This document shows positions 17,519 through 25,932 of a stretch of DNA of 64,000 bases, piece by piece. Each line of letters begins with the position of its first letter. The first letter of the stretch is position 1. The DNA is from Methylacidiphilum caldifontis (GTDB lineage Bacteria > Verrucomicrobiota > Verrucomicrobiia > Methylacidiphilales > CAMAQI01). The notes beneath the pieces were generated by a model. That model did not search any database, was not told the origin of the DNA, and saw only the letters and a list, made by a program, of their open reading frames with translations. The stretch lies in NCBI GenBank assembly GCA_945877805.1, contig CAMCSM010000002.1, positions 2,650 to 66,649 of the forward strand, written 5' to 3'. Both the position numbers and the translations under genes were made by a program.

Positions 17519-18118
17519 ATGTCTGATCATTCTTCAAATCAATCGAACGAAAATTCTCATCAAGAATCGATGCTTCCAACGTGGATGTATTGGGTTTTTG
17601 CAGCCCTTCTTATTTGGGGGGGAGCTTATTTAATGCGCTATTCCGGTGGGTTTAGTGGTGAGGTTTATGATGAGTCGACGGTGACTTATGGCCCGGTAAA
17701 AGGGGGGGCAGCGGCAGTCGAGGATCCTAAGGCTTTGGGAGCCCGAGTATTTAAAGCGAATTGTGCACAGTGCCATCAATTGACTGGGCTTGGAGTAGAG
17801 GGACAGTATCCTCCTTTGGCCGGTGCGGAGTATGTATTGGGCAGCGAGGCTCATGTGATTCGTATTTTGCTTCATGGTTTAGTTGGTCCTGTGACGGTGA
17901 AGGGAAAACCTTACAATGGAAATATGGCCCCTTGGAAAGATGTTTTGGATGACAAAAAGATTTCTCAAGTGCTGACTTATATTCGATCGGATTGGGGAAA
18001 TAATGCCTCGGCGATTACTCCCGAGATGGTAGCGGCTGTTCGTAAAGAAGAGACAGCACGTTCAGCCTCATGGACTGAAAAAGAGCTTGAGGCGGCCCCT
18101 AAGGTACTTCCGAAATAG
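17519..18118 (+). CDS. membrane-anchored monoheme class I c-type cytochrome
   Basis: TM helix WMYWVFAALLIWGGAYL, the heme motif CAQCHQ and the distal GNMAPW motif. Confidence 0.75.
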   Translation: MSDHSSNQSNENSHQESMLPTWMYWVFAALLIWGGAYLMRYSGGFSGEVYDESTVTYGPVKGGAAAVEDPKALGARVFKANCAQCHQLTGLGVEGQYPPLAGAEYVLGSEAHVIRILLHGLVGPVTVKGKPYNGNMAPWKDVLDDKKISQVLTYIRSDWGNNASAITPEMVAAVRKEETARSASWTEKELEAAPKVLPK

Positions 18119-18123
18119 AGTAG

Positions 18124-18158
18124 AGTCTTTTTCATACGCGATTTTTATCGCGAAGACT
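18124..18158 (+). terminator. hairpin downstream of the cytochrome c gene
   Basis: AGTCTT..CGCGAT tttt ATCGCG AAGACT, a compound stem 6 nt after the stop. No clear T-run follows. Confidence 0.3.
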
Positions 18159-18350
18159 GGCTCCTTCTCTCCCCTATTCAAACCTTTCAGATTCCATGGG
18201 TTTGATTTCGTTTCACGAATGGTATTCCCTGCGTACCAAAATTATTTCCGCTTCCAGCGTAGTGGGCTTATCGCTTTGCGATCCTTTTCCTAAGAGATCA
18301 CCGATTTTTTTATCATTTCCTTAAGTTGACACGGTTGGAAAAAAAATAAG

Positions 18351-19790
18351 CTACTGATTCTTCAGATTCTTAAATGCCTCGAGAGCTGCAGTGCGGCTCT
18401 CGCTGAGGCTGAGGAGCGGAAGGGGATAGTGAATCCCTAAAGTGACCTTGGCTCTTTGAAGGACCTCGGCAGGGGCCTCCCAAGGATGGTGAATCCAATC
18501 GGAGGGAAGTGCTGAGAGCTCTGGAATCCAGCGACGAACGTAGGTTCCCTCGGAATCAAATTTTTCCCCTTGGGTGACGGGATTGAAAATCCGAAAATAG
18601 GGGGCGGCATCGGCTCCGCAGCCGGCACTCCATTGCCAGCCTAAGGTGTTGGCCGCAAGATCGGCATCGACAAGGGTATCCCAAAACCATTGAGCCCCTT
18701 CGATCCAAGAGTAGCGAAGGTTCTTCACTAAAAAAGAGGCCGTGATCATGCGGACTCGATTGTGCATCCATCCCGTCGTCCATAGCTCACGCATTCCCGC
18801 ATCGACGATGGGAATTCCGGTGGTTCCCTTTTTCCAGGCATCGAGCATTTCAGGATTTATTTTATTCCACGCAAATTTTTCAAAGGCGGGACGTAAGGGA
18901 TGAAGTGGGGTTTGAGGAAAGTGATAAAGTAAATGGTGCGCGAACTCTCGCCAGCCGATCTCTGAGAGATACTGCGACGATTGCCAGTTGCTCGTTGCGG
19001 GAAATGCTTTCGAAAAGGTATGCCATAGTTGACGGGGGGAGAGCTCTCCAAAATGGAGATGAGGAGAAAGTCGTGAAGTTCCCTTTTCACTCGGAATATT
19101 TCTTCCCTCTTGATAATCAGAAAAGGCTCTTTGAATAAAATCCTCTAGATTTCGATGAGCTCCCTCTTCCCCTGGTTTCCAAGTCGTGTAGAACTGTTGA
19201 TCCCAAGGAATCTGAGGAAGGAGCTGAAGTGCATCAAGCTGAACTGATTTTGGTAAATGGTGAGGGAGCGGAATCAAATCAGGAACCGTCAAAGGAGGCG
19301 AGGGATGGGTAATCGCAAGGGCGGTTTTCCAAAACGGGGTGAAGACTTGGAATGGAAGACCGGATTTGTTCTGAATCGTCCACGGTTCATGCAAAAGAGA
19401 TCCGTTAAAAGAGTCGACCTCAACTCCTTGGGATTTGATCACTTCTTTGATGTTTTTATCGCGAATAAGGATCTCTGGCTCGTATCGACGATTCCAAAAA
19501 ACGGCGCTCGCTTTGGTTTCTTGAATCAGAGAGAGAAGGGTGGTGAGGCTACGTCCTTGAAAGAGAAAAAGTTGTGAGCCGTGAGCTTGAAGTGATTCGT
19601 CAAGGGAGGCTAAAGAGTGATGGAGCCACCAACAGGAGGCCTTCCCTGTTTTCCAAGTGAGGTTCTCCTCTTCGGAATGAATATAAATCGGGAGAACGGT
19701 ATAGCCAAGGGAGAGGGCATGATGCAGTGCAGGATTGTCTTCGAGTCGAAGATCGTTCCGAAACCAAACCAGAGCAACTCGTTGCGACAT
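18351..19790 (-). CDS. phrB: deoxyribodipyrimidine photolyase (class I CPD photolyase/cryptochrome family)
   Basis: LVWFRNDLRLEDNPAL, TGWMHNRVRMITASFLVKNL and WQWSAGCGADAAPYFRIFNPVTQGEKFD. Confidence 0.9.
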   Translation of the reverse strand: MSQRVALVWFRNDLRLEDNPALHHALSLGYTVLPIYIHSEEENLTWKTGKASCWWLHHSLASLDESLQAHGSQLFLFQGRSLTTLLSLIQETKASAVFWNRRYEPEILIRDKNIKEVIKSQGVEVDSFNGSLLHEPWTIQNKSGLPFQVFTPFWKTALAITHPSPPLTVPDLIPLPHHLPKSVQLDALQLLPQIPWDQQFYTTWKPGEEGAHRNLEDFIQRAFSDYQEGRNIPSEKGTSRLSPHLHFGELSPRQLWHTFSKAFPATSNWQSSQYLSEIGWREFAHHLLYHFPQTPLHPLRPAFEKFAWNKINPEMLDAWKKGTTGIPIVDAGMRELWTTGWMHNRVRMITASFLVKNLRYSWIEGAQWFWDTLVDADLAANTLGWQWSAGCGADAAPYFRIFNPVTQGEKFDSEGTYVRRWIPELSALPSDWIHHPWEAPAEVLQRAKVTLGIHYPLPLLSLSESRTAALEAFKNLKNQ

Positions 19791-19831
19791 CAGATAATCA
19801 GGGGGAAGAAGGTTTAAAAGTCAAATAAAGA

Positions 19832-21652
19832 TTAAATCTCGTAGTTCGGAATCATCTCTCTCGAGGTCGGAGAGTCGGTAAAGATTCGAATCACCGGATT
19901 TTTATCTCCGAGAAGTTTTATCGCCTGGTGAAGGGCTAATTTAGTGGCAAGAGTTGGATTGTGAGGGATTTCCCGTAAAACATGATCGACGCCAATACGA
20001 AAGAGTAATCCGGATCGACGAAAGACATGGAAAGTGGCTCGATTGACTCCGCTGACGATCATAAAACGGTTTGTTTTATTGAGGTAGACTAAAAGATCTT
20101 CAATCGCCATGACGCTCGAGGCATCGATATGCCGAGCATTTTTAAGGCGGATGATCACGACTTTCAAGAGGGGGTCACGACAGGCACGGCCGATTTCATC
20201 TCGAAAGACATCCGAGGCCCCGAAAAAAAGATCCCCTTCAACGTGAATAATAGAAATTTGAGGGTGATCTCGTTCCTCAGGATTTTGCATTTCCCTGAGG
20301 ATTCCACTGTCATCAAAGTGGTATTCCGAGAGTTTGGGCTGAGCCGCTTTTTTGAGAAATAGAATTACCGAGGTAGCGACACCCATGAAAATCGCAAAAG
20401 AAAGCGGGGCTAAAAGGGAGACGACAAAGGTAACGATCAATACAGCGGCGTCTGATTTGGTCGCCCGAAAACAGATGCGAATCGCATGAAAATCGATGAC
20501 GTTTAATGCAACGATCGTCACCAGAGTCGCGAGGGCGGAAATCGGAATCAATCCAATCCAGTTTCCCAGAAAAGAGAAGGCGATCAGGCAAATGAGTCCG
20601 CTATACAGTCCGGACATAAAAGTAGCCGCGCCACTTTTCCAGTTGAGCCCCGATCGTGTTACAGAGCCAGAAGCGACCATTCCTCCTGTAAAGGAGCAGG
20701 CTAAATTCGCCATTCCGAGGCCGTAGAACTCCTGATGAACATCGACCTGCTGCCCTGTTTTATTTCCTAACGATTTTGCCATGAAGGTATTTTCGAGCAT
20801 CGAGAGAAAAGCACAGGCCATCGCAGAGGAGAGCACCGCATTAATCCCGGTAAAGGAAAAATTCGGCATCTGCAATTGAAAATCGCTTAGTGAAACGGAG
20901 GAGAGACAGATTAAGGTGTATCCTTGATCCTTGAGAAAAGAGGCAAAAAAAGAGGCGAGGAGCAACGCTGTCGCTGCTGCCGGTATTTTTTGGAATCGGA
21001 ATCGAACGGCCCAATAGATCAAAAAAGTAATTGTGCTCACGAGCAACGCGGGAAGTTGGATCTGATCGAGACGCGAAAGAGTCAGTTGACTAATTTTAAA
21101 AAAAGTAGTCGACTCAGGAACCGTATAACCGAAAAGATGATGAAGTTGATTCATGGCGATCAAGGCCGAGGCAGCAGTCACATAGCCAACGATGACGCTT
21201 CGGGAGATAAATCGGGTCAGGCTGGCAATTTGAAGAAAAGCTCCCACCACCTGAAAAAGTCCAATCAGAAAAATCATCAGGCAGACATTTTGGATTCGAT
21301 CCTCTCCCGCTGGAAGTGACATAAATCCACTAAGGAGAAGAATGGCGGTGGCATTGGTCGGACCTAAGACTGTATTCCTGGAGCCTGTGAAAAGTCCGCC
21401 AATAATCGGAGCGACGATCGCTCCATAGATTCCGTATTGAATCGGAAGTCCCGCGATCAGGGAGCAGGCCATCCCTTGGGCGAAAGCAAGAGCTGCCACA
21501 TTGAGGCCGGCTTTCCAGTCATGTCGAAAATCAGTAACGGAATATTTTTTAAGAATCGAGGCAGCGGGAAAGAGGGAGATCGGAAATTGACCAAAAAAAT
21601 CAATGATCGGCTGTCGTAAGCGAAGAATTGATAAATAATGCTTAATTTTCAT
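19832..21652 (-). CDS. SulP-family anion transporter with C-terminal STAS domain
   Basis: AGLNVAALAFAQGMACSLIAGLPIQYGIYGA plus a polytopic core. The C-terminal IIHVEGDLFFGASDVF is STAS-like. Confidence 0.85.
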   Translation of the reverse strand: MKIKHYLSILRLRQPIIDFFGQFPISLFPAASILKKYSVTDFRHDWKAGLNVAALAFAQGMACSLIAGLPIQYGIYGAIVAPIIGGLFTGSRNTVLGPTNATAILLLSGFMSLPAGEDRIQNVCLMIFLIGLFQVVGAFLQIASLTRFISRSVIVGYVTAASALIAMNQLHHLFGYTVPESTTFFKISQLTLSRLDQIQLPALLVSTITFLIYWAVRFRFQKIPAAATALLLASFFASFLKDQGYTLICLSSVSLSDFQLQMPNFSFTGINAVLSSAMACAFLSMLENTFMAKSLGNKTGQQVDVHQEFYGLGMANLACSFTGGMVASGSVTRSGLNWKSGAATFMSGLYSGLICLIAFSFLGNWIGLIPISALATLVTIVALNVIDFHAIRICFRATKSDAAVLIVTFVVSLLAPLSFAIFMGVATSVILFLKKAAQPKLSEYHFDDSGILREMQNPEERDHPQISIIHVEGDLFFGASDVFRDEIGRACRDPLLKVVIIRLKNARHIDASSVMAIEDLLVYLNKTNRFMIVSGVNRATFHVFRRSGLLFRIGVDHVLREIPHNPTLATKLALHQAIKLLGDKNPVIRIFTDSPTSREMIPNYEI

Positions 21653-21758
21653 CCAAGCCCAAGACTAACATAAAAAAGAGGGGAAGGACAAAGCAATTAC
21701 AAACGAGGTCAAAATAAGGACCGGAGCTCTCCCTTTCAAACGGGAAGTCCTAATCGCG

Positions 21759-21812
21759 GGATAGCCGGCAAGCTAAATAGCCTATTAGCCGGATCGCCTA
21801 AATCCATTTAAA
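21759..21812 (-). repeat. second copy of the intergenic repeat element seen at 5861-5930
   Basis: On the minus strand it reads tttaaatggatttaggcgatcc ... ggctaataggct ... ggctatcc. The head matches 5861-5882 at 21/22 positions, with the same GGCTATCC end and gctaat/agct-type internal repeats. Confidence 0.55.
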
Positions 21813-21889
21813 ATGCAGGGGATTGCCTCACACAAAGGCGCAAAGGGCACAAAGGTTTTAAATTGTGTTGATCTGTGAAAACAGATTGA

Positions 21890-23158
21890 TTATTGCGGAT
21901 CGCTTTTTTCTTGATGGCCTCGTGCGACGACCGCAGCACAGACGAGATCCCCTGCGACGTTGACGGTGGTTCGACACATATCCAGAAAGCGATCAACGCC
22001 GAGAATCAGGGTGACGCCCTCAAGAGGAATTCCGACCCCAGCCCCCACCGCTGCAATAAACGGAATCGAGGCGCTTGGCACCCCAGCGGTTCCGACCCCT
22101 GCAAGGATGCAAAGCCCTGCGACTTGGAGTTGTTGCGCAAAAGTGAGATCGATTCCGTAGACTTGAGCGAGAAAGAGAATCGTCACTCCTTCGAAAAGAG
22201 CCGTTCCATTTTGATTCGCACTCGCCCCGATCGTCAGAACAAACCGGGAGACTGAGGGAGGAAGTTTGAGGTTTTTTTCCGCCACTTCGAGCGATTTAGT
22301 GAGCGTGGCATTGCTGGAAGAGGTGGAGAAGGCCATCAGGAGGGCCTCACTTATTTTTTTGAAAAAATGAATCGGATGATGTCTTGCCCCGATGATCAGA
22401 ACCAATGAATAGACCCCTACTCCATGAATCAGGAGAGCAGCGAGAACCACGGCCACGTAGGCCCCGATCAGACGGAATCCCTCTACCCCCAGTTGGGCAC
22501 CAAGATTAAAGAGAAAGCAGCCGACCGCCAACGGCGCCATTTTAAGGATCAGTTGAAGTCCTTTTTGAGAGATCGTAAAAAGCGATTGAAAGAAATCACG
22601 TACCGGTCTCGCCTCTGCTTCCGGAACCCCAAGCATCGCAATTCCGATAAACAGAGCGAAGAACATCACCGCAAGAATTCCCCCGCCACTATTTTTCGGA
22701 TCAAAAGCAAAAGCGGCCTCTTTTAACGGATTCAGGGGGACGATCTGAAGCAGACTTTCCCAGCCGCCCTGAGACTCAGAGACCGGCGGTGGGGTGTGAT
22801 TCATCGCTTGAATCGCCTCTTTCGGAACCCATTGCCCCGGTTGGATCCAGTTGACCAAACCGAGTCCGATCAAGACACTGATACTGGAAAGGAGAACGAC
22901 AATGAACAACGTCCGGAGTCCCATTTTACCCAAGTTTTTCCCTGAGCCGGCCTCGAGTACCCCGACGATCAAGGCACTGACCAGAAGGGGAATGACCAAC
23001 ATGAGAATCAGCCGAATAAAAAGAGTGCCGATCGGCTTTGTCACCCCCTCAATCCAAGGGAGCAGGACCTCCGGCGAAGAGACGAGCCCACGAGCGATCA
23101 ACCCAGCGGAGAGGCCGATGATCATCGCATAGAGAAGACGTGAAGGGGAGCTCTTCAT
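21890..23158 (-). CDS. dicarboxylate/amino acid:cation symporter (DAACS/GltP family)
   Basis: FSTSSSNATLTKSLE, IGASANQNGTALFEG and GVDRFLDMCRTTVNVAGD are hallmark DAACS motifs. Confidence 0.85.
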   Translation of the reverse strand: MKSSPSRLLYAMIIGLSAGLIARGLVSSPEVLLPWIEGVTKPIGTLFIRLILMLVIPLLVSALIVGVLEAGSGKNLGKMGLRTLFIVVLLSSISVLIGLGLVNWIQPGQWVPKEAIQAMNHTPPPVSESQGGWESLLQIVPLNPLKEAAFAFDPKNSGGGILAVMFFALFIGIAMLGVPEAEARPVRDFFQSLFTISQKGLQLILKMAPLAVGCFLFNLGAQLGVEGFRLIGAYVAVVLAALLIHGVGVYSLVLIIGARHHPIHFFKKISEALLMAFSTSSSNATLTKSLEVAEKNLKLPPSVSRFVLTIGASANQNGTALFEGVTILFLAQVYGIDLTFAQQLQVAGLCILAGVGTAGVPSASIPFIAAVGAGVGIPLEGVTLILGVDRFLDMCRTTVNVAGDLVCAAVVARGHQEKSDPQ

Positions 23159-23171
23159 AGGAGGGGCTAAA

Positions 23172-23492
23172 CTATTTCGTTCGAAGAACGGAATAGTTTT
23201 TCATGAGTATTTTTTCTGTCTCTTCGTCAGAAAGGACTTTCCCATTTTCTGCCCAGATTCGTAGGGCATCAGAGGCAATATCAGCGCCATTTGGCCACTC
23301 GATTGTTCCCCATTCTGAAATATGAAATTGAGAAAACTGGTGGGGCTCTTTCAAGGGTTCGAAGAGTTCTCCAGAGAGGAGTGGTTCTAAATCAATTTTA
23401 CAACGAAATTGATCTTGAAACTCCAAACGAAGACTATAGCCAGCATCTAATTCGATGCTTTTTAGTCTCGAGTTAAACAGGGTGTCACTCAA
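23172..23492 (-). CDS. DUF2442 domain protein
   Basis: 106 aa containing YSLRLEFQDQF...ISEWGTIEWPNGADIASDAL, typical of DUF2442. 4-nt overlap with the upstream DUF4160 gene. Confidence 0.6.
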   Translation of the reverse strand: MSDTLFNSRLKSIELDAGYSLRLEFQDQFRCKIDLEPLLSGELFEPLKEPHQFSQFHISEWGTIEWPNGADIASDALRIWAENGKVLSDEETEKILMKNYSVLRTK

Positions 23493-23752
23493 GGTAAACC
23501 CTCAATTTGTATTAAAGGTTTTTGCTCGCGGGCAAGGGTCCAGTTTTTAAGGAGAACTTCTTGATGAAGAAGTGTCCATTCGATGACCATTCCCGCAAGA
23601 CGAGGGGGAAGTGATCCTTGCAAAAGACCAGCGGGAGATATCTGAACTAAAGCCTCCATTTCTCCGTATGTGGCGTGAAAATGAGGAGGATTATGTTCTC
23701 CTCTATAGTTAAAAATAATTTTAATTCCGTAGAATTCACTGACTTTTGGCAT
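23489..23752 (-). CDS. DUF4160 domain protein
   Basis: MPKVSEFYGIKIIFNYRGEHNPPHFHATYGE is the characteristic DUF4160 N-terminus. It is paired with DUF2442, as commonly observed. Confidence 0.65.
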   Translation of the reverse strand: MPKVSEFYGIKIIFNYRGEHNPPHFHATYGEMEALVQISPAGLLQGSLPPRLAGMVIEWTLLHQEVLLKNWTLAREQKPLIQIEGLP

Positions 23753-23811
23753 TCATTAAAATTAAGGGAAAATTAACTAGAAGCAAGTTTGAAACAGCAA
23801 TTCCAGCAATT

Positions 23812-23905
23812 CCGAAAACTAAAGTTTTCGGAAGTTCCCATCCCTTTAGGGATGGATTGAATGCATAGGGGAGCGCATCGAATCCTTTAGGATTCGAAAT
23901 GCGCT
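23812..23905. repeat. three consecutive perfect hairpins
   Basis: Hairpin 1: CCGAAAACT-aa-AGTTTTCGG (23812-23831). Hairpin 2: CCATCCCT-tt-AGGGATGG (23838-23855). Hairpin 3: AGCGCAT CGAATCCT-tt-AGGATTCG aa ATGCGCT (23872-23905). Confidence 0.5.
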
Positions 23906-24073
23906 GGGGATTGGGGGGGAGTCAATGGAGGGAGAAACTAAGCGAATCGTGTTCTACACCACGGGGAATCAGTGATCGGGACGGAGTCGGATTTGAGCGA
24001 CTCGGGGGATCGGCTCCGTGAAGACGTTGCGGGCAAAGGCTTCGGAAAGAAGCTTTGCGAGACTTTTCATCGA

Positions 24074-24826
24074 TTATGATTTATTCCAGTGCTCAATAAG
24101 TTCTCCCAGCGATTTTGATTGAGGGCTGTAGGCTTGAATTGCGTATCCCGTAGTGACAAAAATGAATCCTAATACAAAGAATGGAAGGGCAGTTCGACGG
24201 AGTGCTGTTTCGAGCCAGTGACGTGTTGGGATCTTTCTGAGGTGACGATAAAGTCCAACGGATAATGCGCCATCAAGAAGAAGTTCGGCAAATAAAATGG
24301 GGGCGGAGGAGATAATCCAGAACGAGCAAAGAAGAAGAGAGATAAAAAGAATGATCACAAAGAGAGGAATCGCAAAATCATCAACATCAACATCGATGAG
24401 CGAAGGAATCTCTGGGATGGGATCAAGCTCTTTAGAGTCAAAAGAATCAACGAAACCCTCTGAATGATAAGATCCGCCCGCCCCGCTTTGAAAGGGGGCG
24501 ATAGGAGTTAATGAAGGAGAGGAGGAGCCACAAGGAATGTCAGGCATAAAGTCCAGATTGATCGAGGAATCATGAGGTTCACTTTTGCTTTGGATCCAGA
24601 GCCATAGGAGAAAAATAAAGGTGAGATAAGCGATTAGAAAGGAACAGAAATAGCGAAGAGGAAGTGAGGTCATCCCCCACTGCAGAAACCAGTAAGAGGC
24701 TAAAAATCCAGCTCCTCCTGTAATCGAAACAATGAAAAGCATTTGAAGTCGTGGAGATCCTGTCTTTTCAAGGTGAAATTTTATTTCAATTATTTTTTTA
24801 AGACGATTTTTCTGAAGCGACATCAA
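24074..24826 (-). CDS. hypothetical polytopic membrane protein
   Basis: 250-aa ORF with 4-5 hydrophobic helices and a Ser/Pro-rich loop. I recognised no family. Confidence 0.45.
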   Translation of the reverse strand: MMSLQKNRLKKIIEIKFHLEKTGSPRLQMLFIVSITGGAGFLASYWFLQWGMTSLPLRYFCSFLIAYLTFIFLLWLWIQSKSEPHDSSINLDFMPDIPCGSSSPSLTPIAPFQSGAGGSYHSEGFVDSFDSKELDPIPEIPSLIDVDVDDFAIPLFVIILFISLLLCSFWIISSAPILFAELLLDGALSVGLYRHLRKIPTRHWLETALRRTALPFFVLGFIFVTTGYAIQAYSPQSKSLGELIEHWNKS

Positions 24827-24983
24827 TCTGTCATAACAGTGGTAAGATTTGATACAATAGACAATTATTTTGAAGGTTTTAAATAACCTGTCATATTATT
24901 GATCGTGCAAATAAATGTCAGTGGATTGTTGAGGGATTTTCCAAAGGCAAAAAAAGAGGCCTTACGGGGAGGTCGCGTCATTA

Positions 24984-25260
24984 TTACTGACCAGTTAGTG
25001 GGATAGGCTACAAACTGCGAAGGGAAGGGAAAGCGGAGACGAGGAGCGAGATCCGCACGATCCCCGCTGCGGGCTCGAAGGATCGAGCGACAAAGTCTTC
25101 CGCTTTCAAAGACCTTCGCCCTCTGGGAAGCTCCCCCCTTGGCTTGGAGCTGTGTTGCTCGTTCGTCGGTTATCTCGCTCGATAGCCTCCTCACTCTCGC
25201 CTTGCTCCAAACCAAGGGGGATGCTTCAGTTTGTAGCCTATCCCACTAACTGGTCAGTAA
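24984..25260. mobile_element. G+C-rich imperfect-palindrome element with perfect 34-bp terminal inverted repeats (MITE/ERIC-like)
   Basis: ttactgaccagttagtgggataggctacaaactg (24984-25017) is the exact reverse complement of 25227-25260. The 209-nt interior is visibly richer in G+C than its flanks and is itself partly self-complementary. CGCGTC at 24974-24979 and GACGCG at 25261-25266 extend the stem. Confidence 0.45.
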
Positions 25261-25285
25261 GACGCGTGAGGGGAATTTAGTCCTC

Positions 25286-25408
25286 ATGTCGGAGCATGGC
25301 TCTGAGGAAAAAATATTGGGTTCGATGAAGGGGACTTTTCAGATATCAGAGGGAGTTGATTTGACCTTACCGACCACTCTCGATTCAGAGTGGAGGGCGG
25401 AATGCTAA
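25286..25408 (+). pseudogene. possible antitoxin C-terminal remnant
   Basis: 40-codon ORF ending ..GSMKGTFQISEGVDLTLPTTLDSEWRAEC, which resembles the C-terminal tail of small VapB/DUF2281-type antitoxins. It overlaps the next ORF start by 7 nt. Confidence 0.3.
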
Positions 25409-25536
25409 GACATCTTTTGGATACCCCGCGATTCTTTGATCGAGTGATTGTTGCAACGGCACGGAGTCAGGGATTGTCTTTATTGACGAAAGATCAAGCG
25501 ATCACCGATTCAGGGCTCGTTCCCGTGATTTGGTAA
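25402..25536 (+). pseudogene. truncated PIN-domain (VapC-like) toxin C-terminus
   Basis: The 44-aa MLRHLLDTPRFFDRVIVATARSQGLSLLTKDQAITDSGLVPVIW matches the C-terminal DPFDR-LIAQA...LVT-D...W pattern of a PIN toxin family. The N-terminal two-thirds are absent. Confidence 0.45.
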
Positions 25537-25615
25537 GAGACTTTTCGTTAACTTCTTTTTTTCTCCTTAACTTATCTCTTGTAATGAAAAACCTTGAAGA
25601 TCTAATATAAGATCG

Positions 25616-25867
25616 ATGATTTTTTCAATATTAGGTTTAGGGGTTCAAGAGCTGGTACTTGCCTTTATCTCCTTTTTAATCATGTTCTTGTTTCTTGGCT
25701 TAATTTGTTGGGCAGCGAGTTGTTTCTTTAAGAAAAACAAGTCGAATCCTCCCGGAGAATCATCGACGGAGGAGCGACTCAAAAACCTAGATCGAATGCT
25801 TCAAAATAAAGTCATTACTTCCGAAGAGTTTCAGTCGCAAAGAAATAAAATTATTTCTGAAATTTGA
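25616..25867 (+). CDS. small membrane protein with C-terminal SHOCT domain
   Basis: One TM helix, then EERLKNLDRMLQNKVITSEEFQSQRNKIISEI (SHOCT-like). Confidence 0.55.
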   Translation: MIFSILGLGVQELVLAFISFLIMFLFLGLICWAASCFFKKNKSNPPGESSTEERLKNLDRMLQNKVITSEEFQSQRNKIISEI

Positions 25868-25906
25868 GAAAAAAAGAGCTCTCTGTGACTACACGTAAGA
25901 GCTCTT
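25868..25906 (-). terminator. rho-independent terminator for sucB (also closes the convergent + gene)
   Basis: AAGAGCTCT (25874-25882) pairs with AGAGCTCTT (25898-25906). On the minus strand the stem is followed by a T-run (the A-run at 25868-25875 on the plus strand). Confidence 0.55.
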
Positions 25907-25932
25907 CTTTATATGTATTTCACTTCTCAGGA

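Noticed and set aside
23941-24073. Short minus-strand ORF (MKSLAKLLSEAFARNVFTEPIPRVAQIRLRPDH) upstream of the 24074 gene
   Set aside because: It is only about 33 codons with no recognisable family. It could be another gene fragment, but the evidence is insufficient.
24865-25215. 116-aa minus-strand ORF spanning the palindromic element
   Set aside because: It is Arg/Ser/Pro-rich with no recognisable motif, and it exists because of the G+C-rich palindrome. Part of it is simply the reverse reading of the inverted repeat, so it is unlikely to be coding.
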